A stretch of DNA of 64,000 nt from Blasia pusilla (Eukaryota): positions 6,882,001 through 6,946,000 of the forward strand of contig CM114271.1 of assembly GCA_050084515.1 (NCBI GenBank), in the 5' to 3' direction. The notes below the pieces were generated by a model. It saw only the letters and a program-made list of their open reading frames with translations, did not search any database and was not told the DNA's origin. The position numbers were made by a program, and so were the translations under genes. Positions within the stretch are counted from its first letter, which is position 1; each line of letters starts with the position of its first letter. Below, piece after piece: positions 1 to 13,021 of the stretch.

Positions 1-943
1 ACGGATCCCGATTATGCTCCTGCAGATCGGGATCGCTGTGCATCCTCGTGCCTTGGCCTCATCGCCGGCTCAACATTACACCCCCCAGTCCCTCGCTCAT
101 CCAGCCGACGCAGGAAATCAGCAAAAGCCCTTTTCTTTCCCACGCACTACCCTCAGACCGCGCGCAAGAACGCCGCCCTCGAGACGATCGCACCAGCCTC
201 CCCGCACTTCTAGCAGCATCTGCCTAGCCCCGATTACACCCTGCAGCTTCTGCACACAACCACCCGCTCCATCCTCACCGATCCCGCAACGTTCCCGGCT
301 CCTTCACCCTGCTTCTGGATCTCTACACCTTCATCCCTCGTGCCCGCACACTCGTGGCCACTGCCTGCGAACGAAATAAAATAAACGAGAGAGCGAGAGA
401 GAGAAGTGATTGGTGGATCTCTCGTGGAAAGCAGGATCGTTGGCTCGGCTCTCGACTTCAAAAACAAGACCTCCTCGTCAACAGCAAGTGAGTTGCTGCT
501 GTCACTGAAATTCGCCCAAACTTCTGCTCTCCCGTTCCCTTCCCTCCCAAGAAAATTCTGTTCCATAGCCCGCACACAGGCCCCGCTGCCTCTCTGCACC
601 ACTGCTGTAGCTTCCCCTCCCCTCCCCTCCCCCTAAGCCCCACCCACTGCACAGTGTCGATCGATCGCCCGCTCGCTCTGTGATGCAAATCGCCCTCCGT
701 CTGTCTGTCGCGAGCGACAGTGACGATCTCGCGGCATGCAGGAGGATCTGCTGCGAGCCTGCGAGGACCTGCAGTGGCGAGCTCACTCACTCGCTTCGGT
801 TTAGTCCGGCGGCTCGCCGTAAGCTCACAAGACAGATTCGACCGGATACCTTTCTGGATACATAGCCGTGCCAGACGCCGTAATCTGGACGGGGCGCTCT
901 GCGCTTCCCCATATGGTGGCTTACGGGCAGCACTTCTCGGTGC

Positions 944-1273
944 GTGACGTGGACGTACAGGGCAGCTGCCATGAGTGCGTGCCTCGTGCGTGTCTCTCTA
1001 TGCCGTGAGTCCGTGTCGTTCTCGGGATCCCGTTGAGGAATACGTGGCACAGACGTTCAGGCACATGCACTTTACTGTGATCCCCAAAGCGAATTTGAGA
1101 CATATTGTTAAAGTAAAATATGCGTCCAATTATGACACGTGTCCCGTTTTCCACATATGAAATGCGGCCTCTAGCCTGTCCATGTATATTGCACTCTAGT
1201 GCTTTTTTTAGCACTTAGTTCAATATTTTTTACAAGTGTCAAAACGGGATGACTTAAGAAATCTTACGTGTCG
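944..1273. promoter_or_regulatory. Cluster of G-box/ABRE-like ACGTG motifs upstream of a probable minus-strand gene lying left of the window
   Basis: GACGTGG (~946), TACGTGGC (1041), ACACGTGTC (1135) and TACGTGTC (~1266). Positions 1-900 are GC-rich with GA/CT tracts, as in a plant 5' UTR/promoter. No convincing coding exon is visible. Confidence 0.3.
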
Positions 1274-1511
1274 ACATGACAAGAGGGTTCCTTGAATCCC
1301 GTCCTCTTTTAATACTATAAATATTATTATGGGAGAGTGCCTTCTTGAGTTGTCAACACCTTTATGTTTGACACATGGTAAGTAGGCAGCGAGAAAATGT
1401 TTCTCCTTAAACGGGCAGCAAGAAAAAAGTTTGAATTTATGTGCATCGTCATTAATCTCTTCCCTTCACAGACTATACACTAACAAAAGCTCTTCAAACA
1501 TTTTCTTATTT

Positions 1512-1540
1512 CCCATGCATCGCACGGGCACCTTACTAGT
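1512..1540 (+). mobile_element. Helitron 3' terminus
   Basis: Hairpin CCCATGC-ATC-GCACGGG, then 7 nt and CTAG|T. Nearly the same motif occurs on the minus strand at 37137-37167. The 5' end was not located. Confidence 0.6.
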
Positions 1541-4259
1541 GTCTTCTTCTGCGCGTGATTTTCTTCTCCTCTCACATTGGTTCCATAGATAATAGGTGTC
1601 TAGTGGCTGGCAAAGGCTATTAGGGGCTCTTACAACGTAGATCTTCTTACTGTAAATCTCATCAGTTTCATTTTCCGTCTTGTGGGTAGTATATTTTTCA
1701 ACACGTTATAGAAGGGCATCTCATATAGTAAACGTAAAATTTTTTATGTCCTTTGAGAGTGTGTGACCATAAAGTACGGACAACCTCCATTTGCATCCAA
1801 AAAAGTTATACGTAATTGTTAGGGCATTAGTACCTTACGTACCCTTACATCATACCCATGTTGGGATCCTTGATAGAGTCCAACTTGCATGTATTGAGCC
1901 TAGATATATTCTCTGTTGGAGAGTAGGCTGTGATTGATTGGATATCACACATTTTTAGAGTTCATTGCAGAATATCTCTTATTGCAACTACGGTGTGTAT
2001 GTATCATTGAGTGGATGTTTGGACGAGGCATAGTTGATTTCAGATTTCATCAACATCACGGTTTATATCTAAGAAAGATGCACATTGCTTCTCAACAATA
2101 GGAGAAAGTGAGGCTCAATTTCAAGTGTAGAGTACAAGTGAGATGTCATGGATTTGTAGGAAATGCAATCTAATATATCTTGAGGAGGTGGGATTACATG
2201 GGGTAGATGAATTGTTGAAGTCCCAATTAGATTTCAGAATTGAAGCACTTATTGAAATGCATCAGATTTGACATGAATTGAAAAGAAGGAGGCCTGTTAA
2301 TTCTAGTGGAGTTGCTCAAGAGTGGAGCAATTAAGAATCATATTATAAGGACTGAAATCAATTTGATGAAGAAATCATTGTCAATCATGATCTGGTTGAG
2401 TGCGGGCAAATCAGCAAACACGTGGGCATTCTGTTGCTGATTTTTAGTGAAACACATTTGATTATGGACCAAATTTGAGAGAAGTTTGCTAGGAGGATAA
2501 CCAAGCAAGGAACGAAAGTGGGTTAGGCACAATTATGGTATATTGTGCAAGATTTTTTGAAATCTAAGTTTGCCATTGGAACAAGTGCGAAAAAATTGAG
2601 CTTGAGAGTGAAACTGAGACGAGGAAAAAAAACTCATTTGAGGAAGATTCATACAAGATTCTCCACAATCATATAGATTCTCTGAGTAGAGTGGATCAAC
2701 TTGAGTTCCAATTGGCCTCACCATCCTCTCCACCTCAAGTTCCAATTCCAATTTTGCATGGACCATGGAGGCTTTGAGGCGCAAACAACATTGTATATGT
2801 ACAAGTGGGCATAAGAGGCATTGAATGCGCAAGGCGCCAACTTCCTGGTGGCATAAGGACTTGAAAAGTTGTTGCTAATACAGTTCATCATAACTTCCAG
2901 TTCATCCAACCTAGTTCTTTTCCTCCAAAGTGTGCTTAATTGGAGAGTTCTTATGCATGTTGTATTACCAACACACCCATAAGGAGGTGATGCGTATCTG
3001 TCATGGAAAGAGGCATTAATCCCCTTTTCTTGATGTTTATGAGGATGTTTGAGGGGTGATTTTTGGATGATACCAGAGGAGTAGATGACATACATTTTTG
3101 TTAGCAAGTTGGGTGAGTGTGCCACAGTGCCAAGGCTCCCTACAAGGAACTTTGGAGGGATGGATTCATACCACTCCAATTGAGGGTGACTCAGAGTGCA
3201 TACTATTTATCGAGTGTCGATCTTGAGTGAGATAGGTGGGGGCATATCCACAGTTTGGGCTAAGTATTGAGGGTTTCCACACGAGAAATCACCTCTACTG
3301 GCAATTGTATTTGCTCTAAAGGGGGCGTCAACGGATTCTAAGTTACAAGAGAGACCATGGAGTGTCATGAGTGTTGCCACACCATGAGTGTTGCCACACC
3401 TTATGCTCTAGGAATAGTCTAAGCAAAGGAGTAGTACCCTCTTGCGCTTGTAAACACTTTGAAGCCTTCTTGTTCTTGATGGAATATCATTTCTTCATTC
3501 TGATGTGCAACGTATATGCATGAGTGATATTATTGGGTCTACGGAGTGAGAAGTGGATTGGGAGAAAAGCTTTCACCAAAAGAATAATCAATTGTGAGAT
3601 GTGAGAAATCTCTTTCACAAAGAGTAGCCTACCAGGACGGATTGAGTTTCAAGAGTAGGAGAAGGCATCTAGTTGTTGAGATCTCCGCGAGGTTCTTTGG
3701 TGTTGAGTGAGGATCTGCCTGAGTGTTTGTCCTATTCCACTTGAGAGGACAGATGGGAGGAAATCATGGTACTTGTGAGAAGAAGAATGATATGATGAAT
3801 GTTTGAATCTGACTTGTATACACATAATTATAACCTTTACATAATACAACAAACATTAAACACTCTTTTCAAATAAGAGCGATCTTGTTGGGGATCGAAC
3901 TTCACAAATAAGCATAAAAGGATCATTTTCTATTGTCTTTGTACATTACAAACATGGATGATCCTCATATCTATGGGTCCATGAGTGGACCCAGATGGTT
4001 CTTAGACATGGTGGCAACCATCAAGTTTGATGATTGTTATGAGACTTGGGGAGGAACTACCAAGATACGAGGACAGACAAGCTCAAGTCGATTCATGAGT
4101 TTATGCGGAGAGCAAGGGAGAGTCTACTAGAGGCCTATGCATGGCTTAGATGGTTGATTCCAACCACTTAAGGTGTGAAGGAGGCACAAGTAGTTTAATT
4201 TTGGTATGTGATGCTAGATCGCGAGTCGCGAAAGAGAGTACGAGATGCGACTCATTTAC

Positions 4260-5077
4260 ATGTTGGTTTGCCTACTCTCAAGTATTTTGTTGGCGGAGCA
4301 TATTGACCTAAATATACTTGAGAAAAGAGTGTTGATGATGTGTCTTCAACACTCTCTACATCTCCTCGTACGGGCATGTCATCTTTGAGGGAGACGACAT
4401 AAGTGATGGTGTCTCCATCAATTCCTTTGTGCACTTCTCGAGATTTAGTCATGGGATCGAGGGTGTCGTGTGCATACAAATGGCTACACAACATACATCA
4501 CTGGTCACATCCATACCACACAACATTGATCTTCCCCACATACGGGTAGATCCAGACATGTACAAAATCAACTCATACATATACATAGAGATCACACAAC
4601 AAAAATAAGAGTAAAAACGGCACACCCGGCCTAAAACTCCACCCTCGATCTACATCGGCATATCGAGCCTCGTCCACCCTGCACTATCAAGGAATCCGGA
4701 CGCTAGCATCATGGTCCTATCTCACACACAAACAAGAGAGGTGCTCGAACAACCCAACATGAGAAAGATGGCTTGAGAAAGCCATTTCTCCATCTAAGTT
4801 AACCTTGGGAAGAGCCAAAAGGCTCTTCTCCCAAAAATAGCCTCCAAAAAATTTATTGCGTGCACATGTTACCGGGTGATCGTTCACTCGATCAATGGGT
4901 CACTTAACTTACGAAGACCAAAATAGAAAAATCATCATAAACAACGTTCTTAACACAACAAACTTGTCGCCAACCTCATACATAAAATCTCAAGACAAAG
5001 CTATATTCGAAGAGTTTGTTGACTCTCTATGACGTCTCCACGGCAGATCTCGGCCTATCGGCTACTCGGATGTGACA
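4260..5077 (-). mobile_element. LTR-like fragment
   Basis: Minus strand begins TGTCACATCC at 5077. Segment ~4480-4525 resembles the LTR-like copy at ~12370-12410. No TSD found and the left boundary is uncertain. Confidence 0.4.
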
Positions 5078-5699
5078 AGGGCTATGGGAGAAGGTCTCAA
5101 GCTTAGACCATAATTAGTATAGTCTTACGATGGGCAACAAGGCTCATATTTTTCTTATTGGATGGGTGGAGGATCACACCATCAATGAGATTGTCAATAG
5201 CAAAGTGGAGTGTATGTGGCACCTCCAGTTCTATATGAAGCGGCCCAAGATTGGCCACCCTTACCTTAGTTTGATCATTGCCTGAAATATGGCCACACAC
5301 CTGAGAGATCTTTCAAGATCCACCCCAAGTTGCGCCTAGATGGAAATCAAGGACTTGGGGGTGGCCGAGGACAAGATGTAGGAGGTTGAGGATGTGGTGT
5401 AGGTAGGGCCCCACCACCTACCAAAGCAAGTGGAGGACTTGCATCTAAGGCAGTTATGGCGGGGATTGCTCAGTTGGAGCAACACCTTCACGCTCTATCC
5501 GGCCAACAAACATCTACATCAGGTGTAGGAGGTGTATCAACTTTCGGATTTGCTCTGTCCTAGGCTATGGTGGGAGATCTAGGAGGTATGGGATTTCTTT
5601 GTAGCACCGCACATGTGGATGCAAGCTGGTGAAGTGGTTAAGAGAGGCGCAATGAGAGCTTCTAAGCCACGAGGATCCGAAGTGGTGATGGATCCCTAG

Positions 5700-8600
5700 A
5701 GGAAGGAAGTTGGAAGGCAAGCTAGACTCCCTCATTCACTTTTATTGTCAATGGCTCTACCATGCCTATGCAACATTTAACATGACCTAGCACTAGCATG
5801 TTGCAAGGGGTGACAAAAACTTCGTGCGGAGTCCCCCTATTTATGGTCACGGGCTTGGTGATGTGTGGAGGTTGACCAATTGAGTTTTTCTAGTTGGTAG
5901 AGATGTTTTGTGAGAGCGATGGTTTTGGTTCTTCGAGCGTGAAGATTGCAAATGAGATGTGGTAAACGTACTTTTGGAGCACGTACTCGAGACGAGGTAT
6001 ACAAAGAGTCGACATGCATCATAGGCTAGAGTGGCCCAGTTGCCAACACTAGAGGCTACAGTCATCTCACCTAGAGTTTTTGTATTGGAAAACCAAGATG
6101 GATTATTCTAGCTGGTTGGTCTGTCCAAAGTCTTGTGTCGACCATAAGGAAATCTTCTTAAGTTAGAAGCATAACCCCTAATGTTGGGGAAGGTGGCATA
6201 TGAAGTGATGGAGTCGCGGAAATGTGAGATCACTCCATGTCTGTTCCAGATTTAGACTTCACTGGGAGGCATATCCCCGACACAGTTTAAGACTCACATG
6301 GAGATTGCAATGAGGATGAGGCCCGACCATCTTATTGATAGTGCAATGGTATGAACATGAGTGGTGGTAACATAAGGTAAGTCCTATGATGTTTGGGTAG
6401 GGGCTACTTTATTTTGTCTGAGAGGGTTCACACTTGACTTTTAGGAGGAGACAACCTCCTAATGACTAGGTTTCTAGTTGGGTAAGGGACGAGCCACTAT
6501 GCTACCTATGCAGTTTGCAAGGAGACTTGATGGTTCACTTCGAAGGTCAACCACAACATTTGCAGCTTATTGTGGCCCACTATGTTTGCCTACAAATTTA
6601 TTGGAGGGAAACATCCATGGCGAGGATATTCCTCTAGAGGATACTCTTGAGGAGTGATATGCAATGACAAGCATGACTGCATCTATTGGCAACACTTCTT
6701 TATCTTTGTGAGGGAGGAGTATTGATTACAGAGGAGCGCATATGAGCTCGTGAGGCAAGCATGAAGTTGAGCTTATGCTCTAGAGTGAGCCAAGACATAA
6801 TTACCCCCGTGCTCTAGGAGTGGAGACGTTGATACCCTTGGACACCACACCGATTGTGTTGCTGCATCCCAAAAGAGGGTGTACGTATATATACTATAAC
6901 TTTTTTGAGGGATTAGTACTACTTTGGTTGCATTGTTTCAAGTTGGAGTACAAGTACATCAATATTTGTATGTTGAAAAGGATGAAATTGCACATAGAGT
7001 CTCATTACACCATGTGTCAAGACTAGTTTAGAAGTATCCTTATTTATTGCTAATTTTCGCAATCATGGAGTGTCAGCAAGTGTTGTCAACCGATACTTTG
7101 TTTTTGGGGTTGTAGGATGTGGGTAGGGTTGGTACGATTCATTTGGTGGCGGCAAGGTAGCCACGTTAGGGTCATTCTTTGGTGAGTGAGGGGCTTGGTT
7201 TGCAAAACTTGAGGTGAACCAAATTTTTGGAGATGTTGCAAGTTCTTTGACACTTGTAGACTATCCACATATGTTCTCTAACCTACATTTTGGAGAATGT
7301 CCAATTATTAGGTGACACTCAAGCCCAAGTGATGGTGATTGTGCATTAGGTGTGGTCATGGATAAGACCGCCGATGATGTTGGATGTGGCGAGTGTTGGA
7401 TCACGTGCACATCGTCCACAATTGTGGTGGACAAACCTTTAATCATCTGAGTTGCTTAGGTGGGCTTATGGTGGAGTTCAAAGGCCATCACTACTTATAA
7501 TGGATGTAATCTTGGATCCATGGCGATGATCTCAAGTTGTTAATCGATTGGACAGTGCTACTGTTGGCATTGGCCAATTGGGTGGTGGGAGGGCACAAAG
7601 CAACATAGCCTACATTAGTGAGGTTTCCATGATCTCATGCTTTTTGTCAAGGAGGACCAAGCATGATATATGATGATCCAGAACGTGTAGTAGTGGGGCC
7701 CAACTTTGACAAGCGAGAGTGAGCTACGTGCTTCTCTACAAGTATGATGGTGCCAATGATGGGAGAGGCATCACGTACACAGCTATTGGGTCTGGCTATA
7801 GACCCAAACTATCTTATTTGGGTGTTGATTACGTTGTGTTTTTTATGAGGATAGATGGATGTGAAAGGCGTATGTGCATTTGTGACATTACATCCACTTT
7901 ATAGCATAGCATCTATTGGGATGGGTGAGACATTAACTGGGGGCATGATGATAAAATTAAGAGGCATCCATGGACTTTATGGAATCTGTCACGAGAGCAA
8001 AGAGAGATCGGAGTTCTTTTTTAATGTATGACATAGTGGAGTTCCTAGAGAGTCGGTGCTTAAGTGGGAGAGTTGGTTGTTACTCCTCAAAGGTTGCTAG
8101 TTAGCAACCACCACCCTCCTTTTTTTCATATGTCACAAGAGAGACTTGGGAGCATGTGGTTGATTATAGGTTAACAAGAGCGGAGAGGAGATGAGTGTTG
8201 CAGTTCTTGTAGAGTTTCAAGGACTATTTTACATATAGTATGTAGGACTTGGGTACGCTAATGGATCCATGTATTTGGGGTCAAGTCAGATAGTGATACG
8301 CCTATCGTTTGACAACCTTGGCCTACGAGTATTCCAAAATGGAGCGTGCCTTGATTCGAGACTTGGTTAAAGTTGGATTGGTGAAGAAATTGATTGGAGA
8401 GTATATATTTGCCACAATTATGTTGGCAAAGAAGGATATGCATGCATGCATTAGTCGAGATACCATATGGCATGTGGACTAATAGGGATTATCATCCTAT
8501 CAATCAACATAGAAAGTTTGATCGCTATGCTATGCCCATTCCCAAGGAGATCTTTGATCGGTGCTATGGAGAATGTGTCACGTCTTTTAGGATAAATGGG

Positions 8601-10140
8601 CAAGATCAGTAAATTGCTTTCAAAGATATTGGAGGACAGCCTCATGAGGTCGAGAATGACATGTTGAGGCCACGAGTAACCTCCGAGAGCAGGTTTCTCC
8701 TTCGTTTCGACTCATTTGGAGTCATATATAGAAACTTGCTATTTAGGGTAAGTCATCATTTATGATATAGTTAACTTCCCACTTTGGGAAGTATCCCTTG
8801 ACCCGCTACAGCAGGTCAAGAGCCAAGGAGATGACGTGCGAGCATAGATTGATGTGGAGAAGGCTTGGGAGAGGGAAGGAGGTATATCTCCAAGAGAGAG
8901 AGTTTAAGAGCTCATTCTCTCTTAGTTGAATCTATTGGCATGAGGTGGTGGAGCTATGGTCCTCCTTGCCTAGTGTGTGTAACCCAAACCTCTCATTAGG
9001 ATAATGGGTTTGGTTTGACGTGAGAGAGAGTGCACCCCATGGAGAGCTTGGTGTGAGATGTGTTGTGAAATTTACAAAGAGAGAGATTTAGAGATATTTT
9101 GGTACTTCTCGTCTTGTTGTTTGGATGCCATGAGTTAGCATGGGATCATGTGTGTTTGTGTATATGGGTGTATGTTCGGTGACAGCGATGTATGTTGTGT
9201 AAGGATGTGTATGCGCATGATAAAAGCAAAGATCTTCAATTGTTTAGATCTCCGTGTTGGCTATCATCAATTGCCCATATGCATGGAGGACAAGTAGAAG
9301 ACATTATTTTTTGGGGATAAATTATTTCAAGAAGGACTTTGTTGTACTAGTAGTTGTTCTTACCATTTGGGTTGGAAAAATGTCCCCTTTGGGTATTTAG
9401 AGAGTTATAGATAGCTCATATTTCATGAGAGGTTCGATCCATAACATTATTGTCTTCAGTGCAACGGTTGAGGAGGAGGTGTTTAGAAACAAGAGAGACA
9501 TGTGGAGGAGGTATTTTGATGATTGCCGTTACATGGGCTCAACTTACATCTAGGCAAGTGCTTGTTCTTTCGTGACGAGATCGAGTACCTTGGACACATC
9601 ATTTATCCAAGGGGTATTGGGATTCAACAGAAAAAAAGTGGAGGCCATAGCGCACATTCTTCGCCCTATAGATATAGTCAATTTCAAGCTTTCATAGGAT
9701 TGGAAAACTACTACCAACGATACATAAAGGGCTTTAGTGAGATTGCAAAGGCATTGAGTTAGCTGACTAGGCTTGGCCATGAGTGGTTTTGGAAAGATAA
9801 TTAGAAGCGAGCGTTTCAATAGCTCAAGGACAAGTTGATATAATCACCCATTTTGAGGATATCTATGTATTGTCGATCGTTTGTTCTAATTACATACAAA
9901 CTGAAGTATGTTGGGGTTAGGAGCAGTGCTCACTTAGCGAGATGATGAGGGGAAAGTGTTTTTAATGGCATATGCAAGCTGCCTGAATAACACTGCAAAG
10001 GCGAAGTACGTTTCTTATGAGGGGGGATACTTAGTTGTCGTGTAGGCAATGGCCCATTTCACATTTTATTTTCATCTTTCCAAAAAACTTTCACGCTCAT
10101 CGGTGATAATCATCCACTTAGGTGGTTGATGGAGTCTGTA
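5700..10140 (+). pseudogene. Degenerate Ty3/gypsy gag-pol (RT and RNase H remnants), interrupted by an LTR insertion
   Basis: Residual motifs: DYHPINQHRKFDRYAMPIPKEIFD (8490-8560), KAKIF..LDLRVGYHQLPI (9222-9280), KCLFFRDEIEYLGHII, FIGLENYYQRYIKGFSEIAKALS (9690-9760), and RNase H GLGAVL...AYAS...YVSYEG (9914-10030). Many stops and frameshifts. Confidence 0.85.
8576..9220 (+). mobile_element. Truncated LTR inserted into the gypsy RT domain
   Basis: Starts TGTCACGTCTTTTAGGATA. It splits the RT sequence between ...EIFD(AME) and KAKIF.... It aligns by eye with the reverse complement of ~12355-13021. Confidence 0.7.
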
Positions 10141-12259
10141 CATAGGGATCCATATTATATAGGAAGGGTTTTTCTTACTTGGTTGTTTTAGATTAAATTG
10201 ATGAAAGTATTTGGTGAGAGAGACGTAGAAGTAAGAGAATTAAGAGTACAAATTCAATGATTTGTGTGTTTTTATTTTTTCTCATCAACGGTTCAATACT
10301 ATCTAACATCTGATTAAATACTTGTGATAATAGTACCTTACTCACTTTATTATAGTACAAATATCATAACCTTATTATTCTTTGATGGATTGAAACTTTC
10401 ATGGTAGATGAAATGTAGGAAGAGATAGTATCGAGGGCTTAAAGGGATCTTGTACTTCCCCATTTTGAGAGATTATATGTGACCTCCTCTTAGGAGGTGA
10501 CCTACAAGCATAGGTCACCTTGACTTTAATGGGTCGAGGGCTAGTTGATAATCAAGTAGTAGTTGGTCTTATGAAAGGACCACATGTGTACTTGTTAGGA
10601 GGAGGTGATCTATGCATATATGTCATCCATGGAGGTGCCCATGGGTTATACATCTGATGAAGCTCTTTCAAAGCTCATCTTCCTTTGATCAAACCCATAT
10701 AGGAATTTGCGATATAGTGCAACTTGCATGTATTGAGCATGGATTCTCTCTTGAAGAGTGTGCAATAATTGATCGGGATCGCACATATTTACACATTATG
10801 GATGATTTTCTTTTACTGTTACCACAGTGTGTATTATTGAATGGATGTTTGGATAAATCATAGTTGATTGCATGTTTCATCAATGCCACATTTTTATATG
10901 TAAGGAAGATGTGAAGTACTTCTTAAGAACATGAGAAAGTGAGACTCAATTTCAAGTGTACAACACAAGTGAGATGCCGTGGATTTGCAATTGTATCATG
11001 TAGGATTTTGTGAATTCTTCATTCACCATTGGAACAAGTGCAAAAATTTGAGTTCGACAGTAAAAAAGGAACTTCAAATTTAGCTCGTATGAGGAGGATT
11101 CCAAAAAGATTCCCCATAAATGCATAGACTTCTTGAGTAGAGCAGGTCACTGGTGTGGAAAGGGCACGAGAGCAATGCTTAAAGTTGCTTTGTGAGCTAT
11201 GAGAACTTAAGTTCTAGTAGCCCTTGTTTGGAGATGTGAGAAAAAAAGGGGTGAGGAGGATAGCTTCTCACTCAATTGGACCTCAAGTTTTCATAACCCT
11301 TGCTATTGAATGTGGTTCAGAAAGGCAAACAAGGCGCTATATGGTGTAGCTTTCCCTCCACAAGAGGTTGAATAGGTTGGGGTGTCGCTAGTGTGGAGGA
11401 ACTAGCGCCACTATTTTGGAGTCGTTACTGGAACATATATAGGGATTTTATCTACAGAGCTTGTGGAGTGGAGAAGAGGCATGGGAACTTAAGTTGTGAT
11501 TCAGGTGTAAGCCCTCCCATGAGCCTGTCGAGGAATAGAGTGTCAAAGAGGGGATTGGAACTAAAGTTTTGAATGAACAACAACAATGTTGAGGTTATAT
11601 CTAAGGTGTGATGCATTGCGGCGCAATGCAAGGGAGATGCAAAAGGAGATTGGAACTTGAGTTTCAATTCAAGCGCAATTGAGCCTAAGTGTGGTGAAAC
11701 TACGTAGTGGTCATCTCAATGACGTGGTATGGCAGAAGTGACAAGGACAAATTGGAACTCAAGTTCCAATTTGGTCATAGTGGAGGCTTTGAGCCTCTTG
11801 ACTATGGTGGTGAGTTCTACAACGTGGCACGATGCATCATGTAAGGGACAATGAAGTGAGGAGAAAATGGGAACCTAAGTTCCAATTTGGCGCTTAGTTT
11901 TTGCGGTCTTCTCTTCAAGGAGTTGGAGAGGATAGAAACGAGGCATTTGGAACTCAAGTTCCAATTTGACACTTAGTGGTTATGGTCCACTCTACAAGAA
12001 GATGGAGAGGATAGAGAGGGCAACTCGAACCCATGTTCCAAATTTTCTTCGGGGCAAACCTACAAGGAAAGGTTGGTGGGACTTTGCAATTGCGGAACGG
12101 CAAAGAGAGCAAGGAGGGAGGAATCAAAATTGAGATTCCTATTCAGTGACTCTCTCAAGCGTGGCATGAGGTGCCACATAGAGAAGGAGAAGTGAGCAAT
12201 CAAGACTCAAGTTCCAATTTCGTCACTCTTCTATGCAGATAAGAAGGAAGGAGTGAACA

Positions 12260-13021
12260 ATTGGAACTCGAAAAACTCGACGTCCTTCCAAAGGAAGGAG
12301 TATTCGTCCAAGTTTCTGGTGAGTTGGTAATAAACCCGACGCAACAAGAAACTTGTCGTGCGTGTATACATTGCTACACAATGTACATCGTTTTCACCAA
12401 ACACACACACAAACACGCACGATCCCATGCTAACTCATGGCTTCCAAACAACGAGACAAGAAGTACCAAAATATCTCCAATTAAATAAGGTGAAATCTCT
12501 CTCACAACACCATACCTCTCACATGTGTGCACTCTCACATGTCTCTCTCAATGTCAAACCAAACCGACTCTCCTAATGAGAGGCTTGGGTTACACTCGGA
12601 GGGCAAGGGACCATAGCTCCGCCGCCTCGTGTCAAGAGGTTCAACAAAGAGAGAATGAGCTCTCAAGCTCTCTCTCCTTCAAGTATACCCCTCCCTTCTC
12701 CCAAGCTCTCTCCATGGTAACCTATGCTCCCAAGTCACCTCCTGGGCTCTTGACCTGATGTAGGAGGTCAAGGGATACTTCCAAAAAATAGAAAGTTGAG
12801 CATATACCCAAAATGGTACTTACCTAAAATAGTAAATTTCTCAATATGGCTCCAAATGAGCCGAAACGAAGGGGAGACCTCGAATCCTGGGTCGAGGATG
12901 ATCTGTTGAGACCCCAAATCCTGGGGTCTCAACAGATCATCCTCGACCTCTTAAGTTTGTCCTCTACCACTTGCGAAGGCGCTCTACTATATCTCACCGA
13001 TCTATCCTAAAAGACGTGACA
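12260..13021 (-). mobile_element. LTR-like copy, same family as 8576-9220
   Basis: Minus strand begins TGTCACGTCTTTTAGGATA at 13021 and is colinear with 8576-9220. A further fragment lies at ~43410-43515. The left boundary is uncertain. Confidence 0.65.
12890..12948. repeat. Perfect 27-bp inverted repeat with 5-nt loop
   Basis: GGTCGAGGATGATCTGTTGAGACCCCA-aatcc-TGGGGTCTCAACAGATCATCCTCGACC. Confidence 0.95.
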
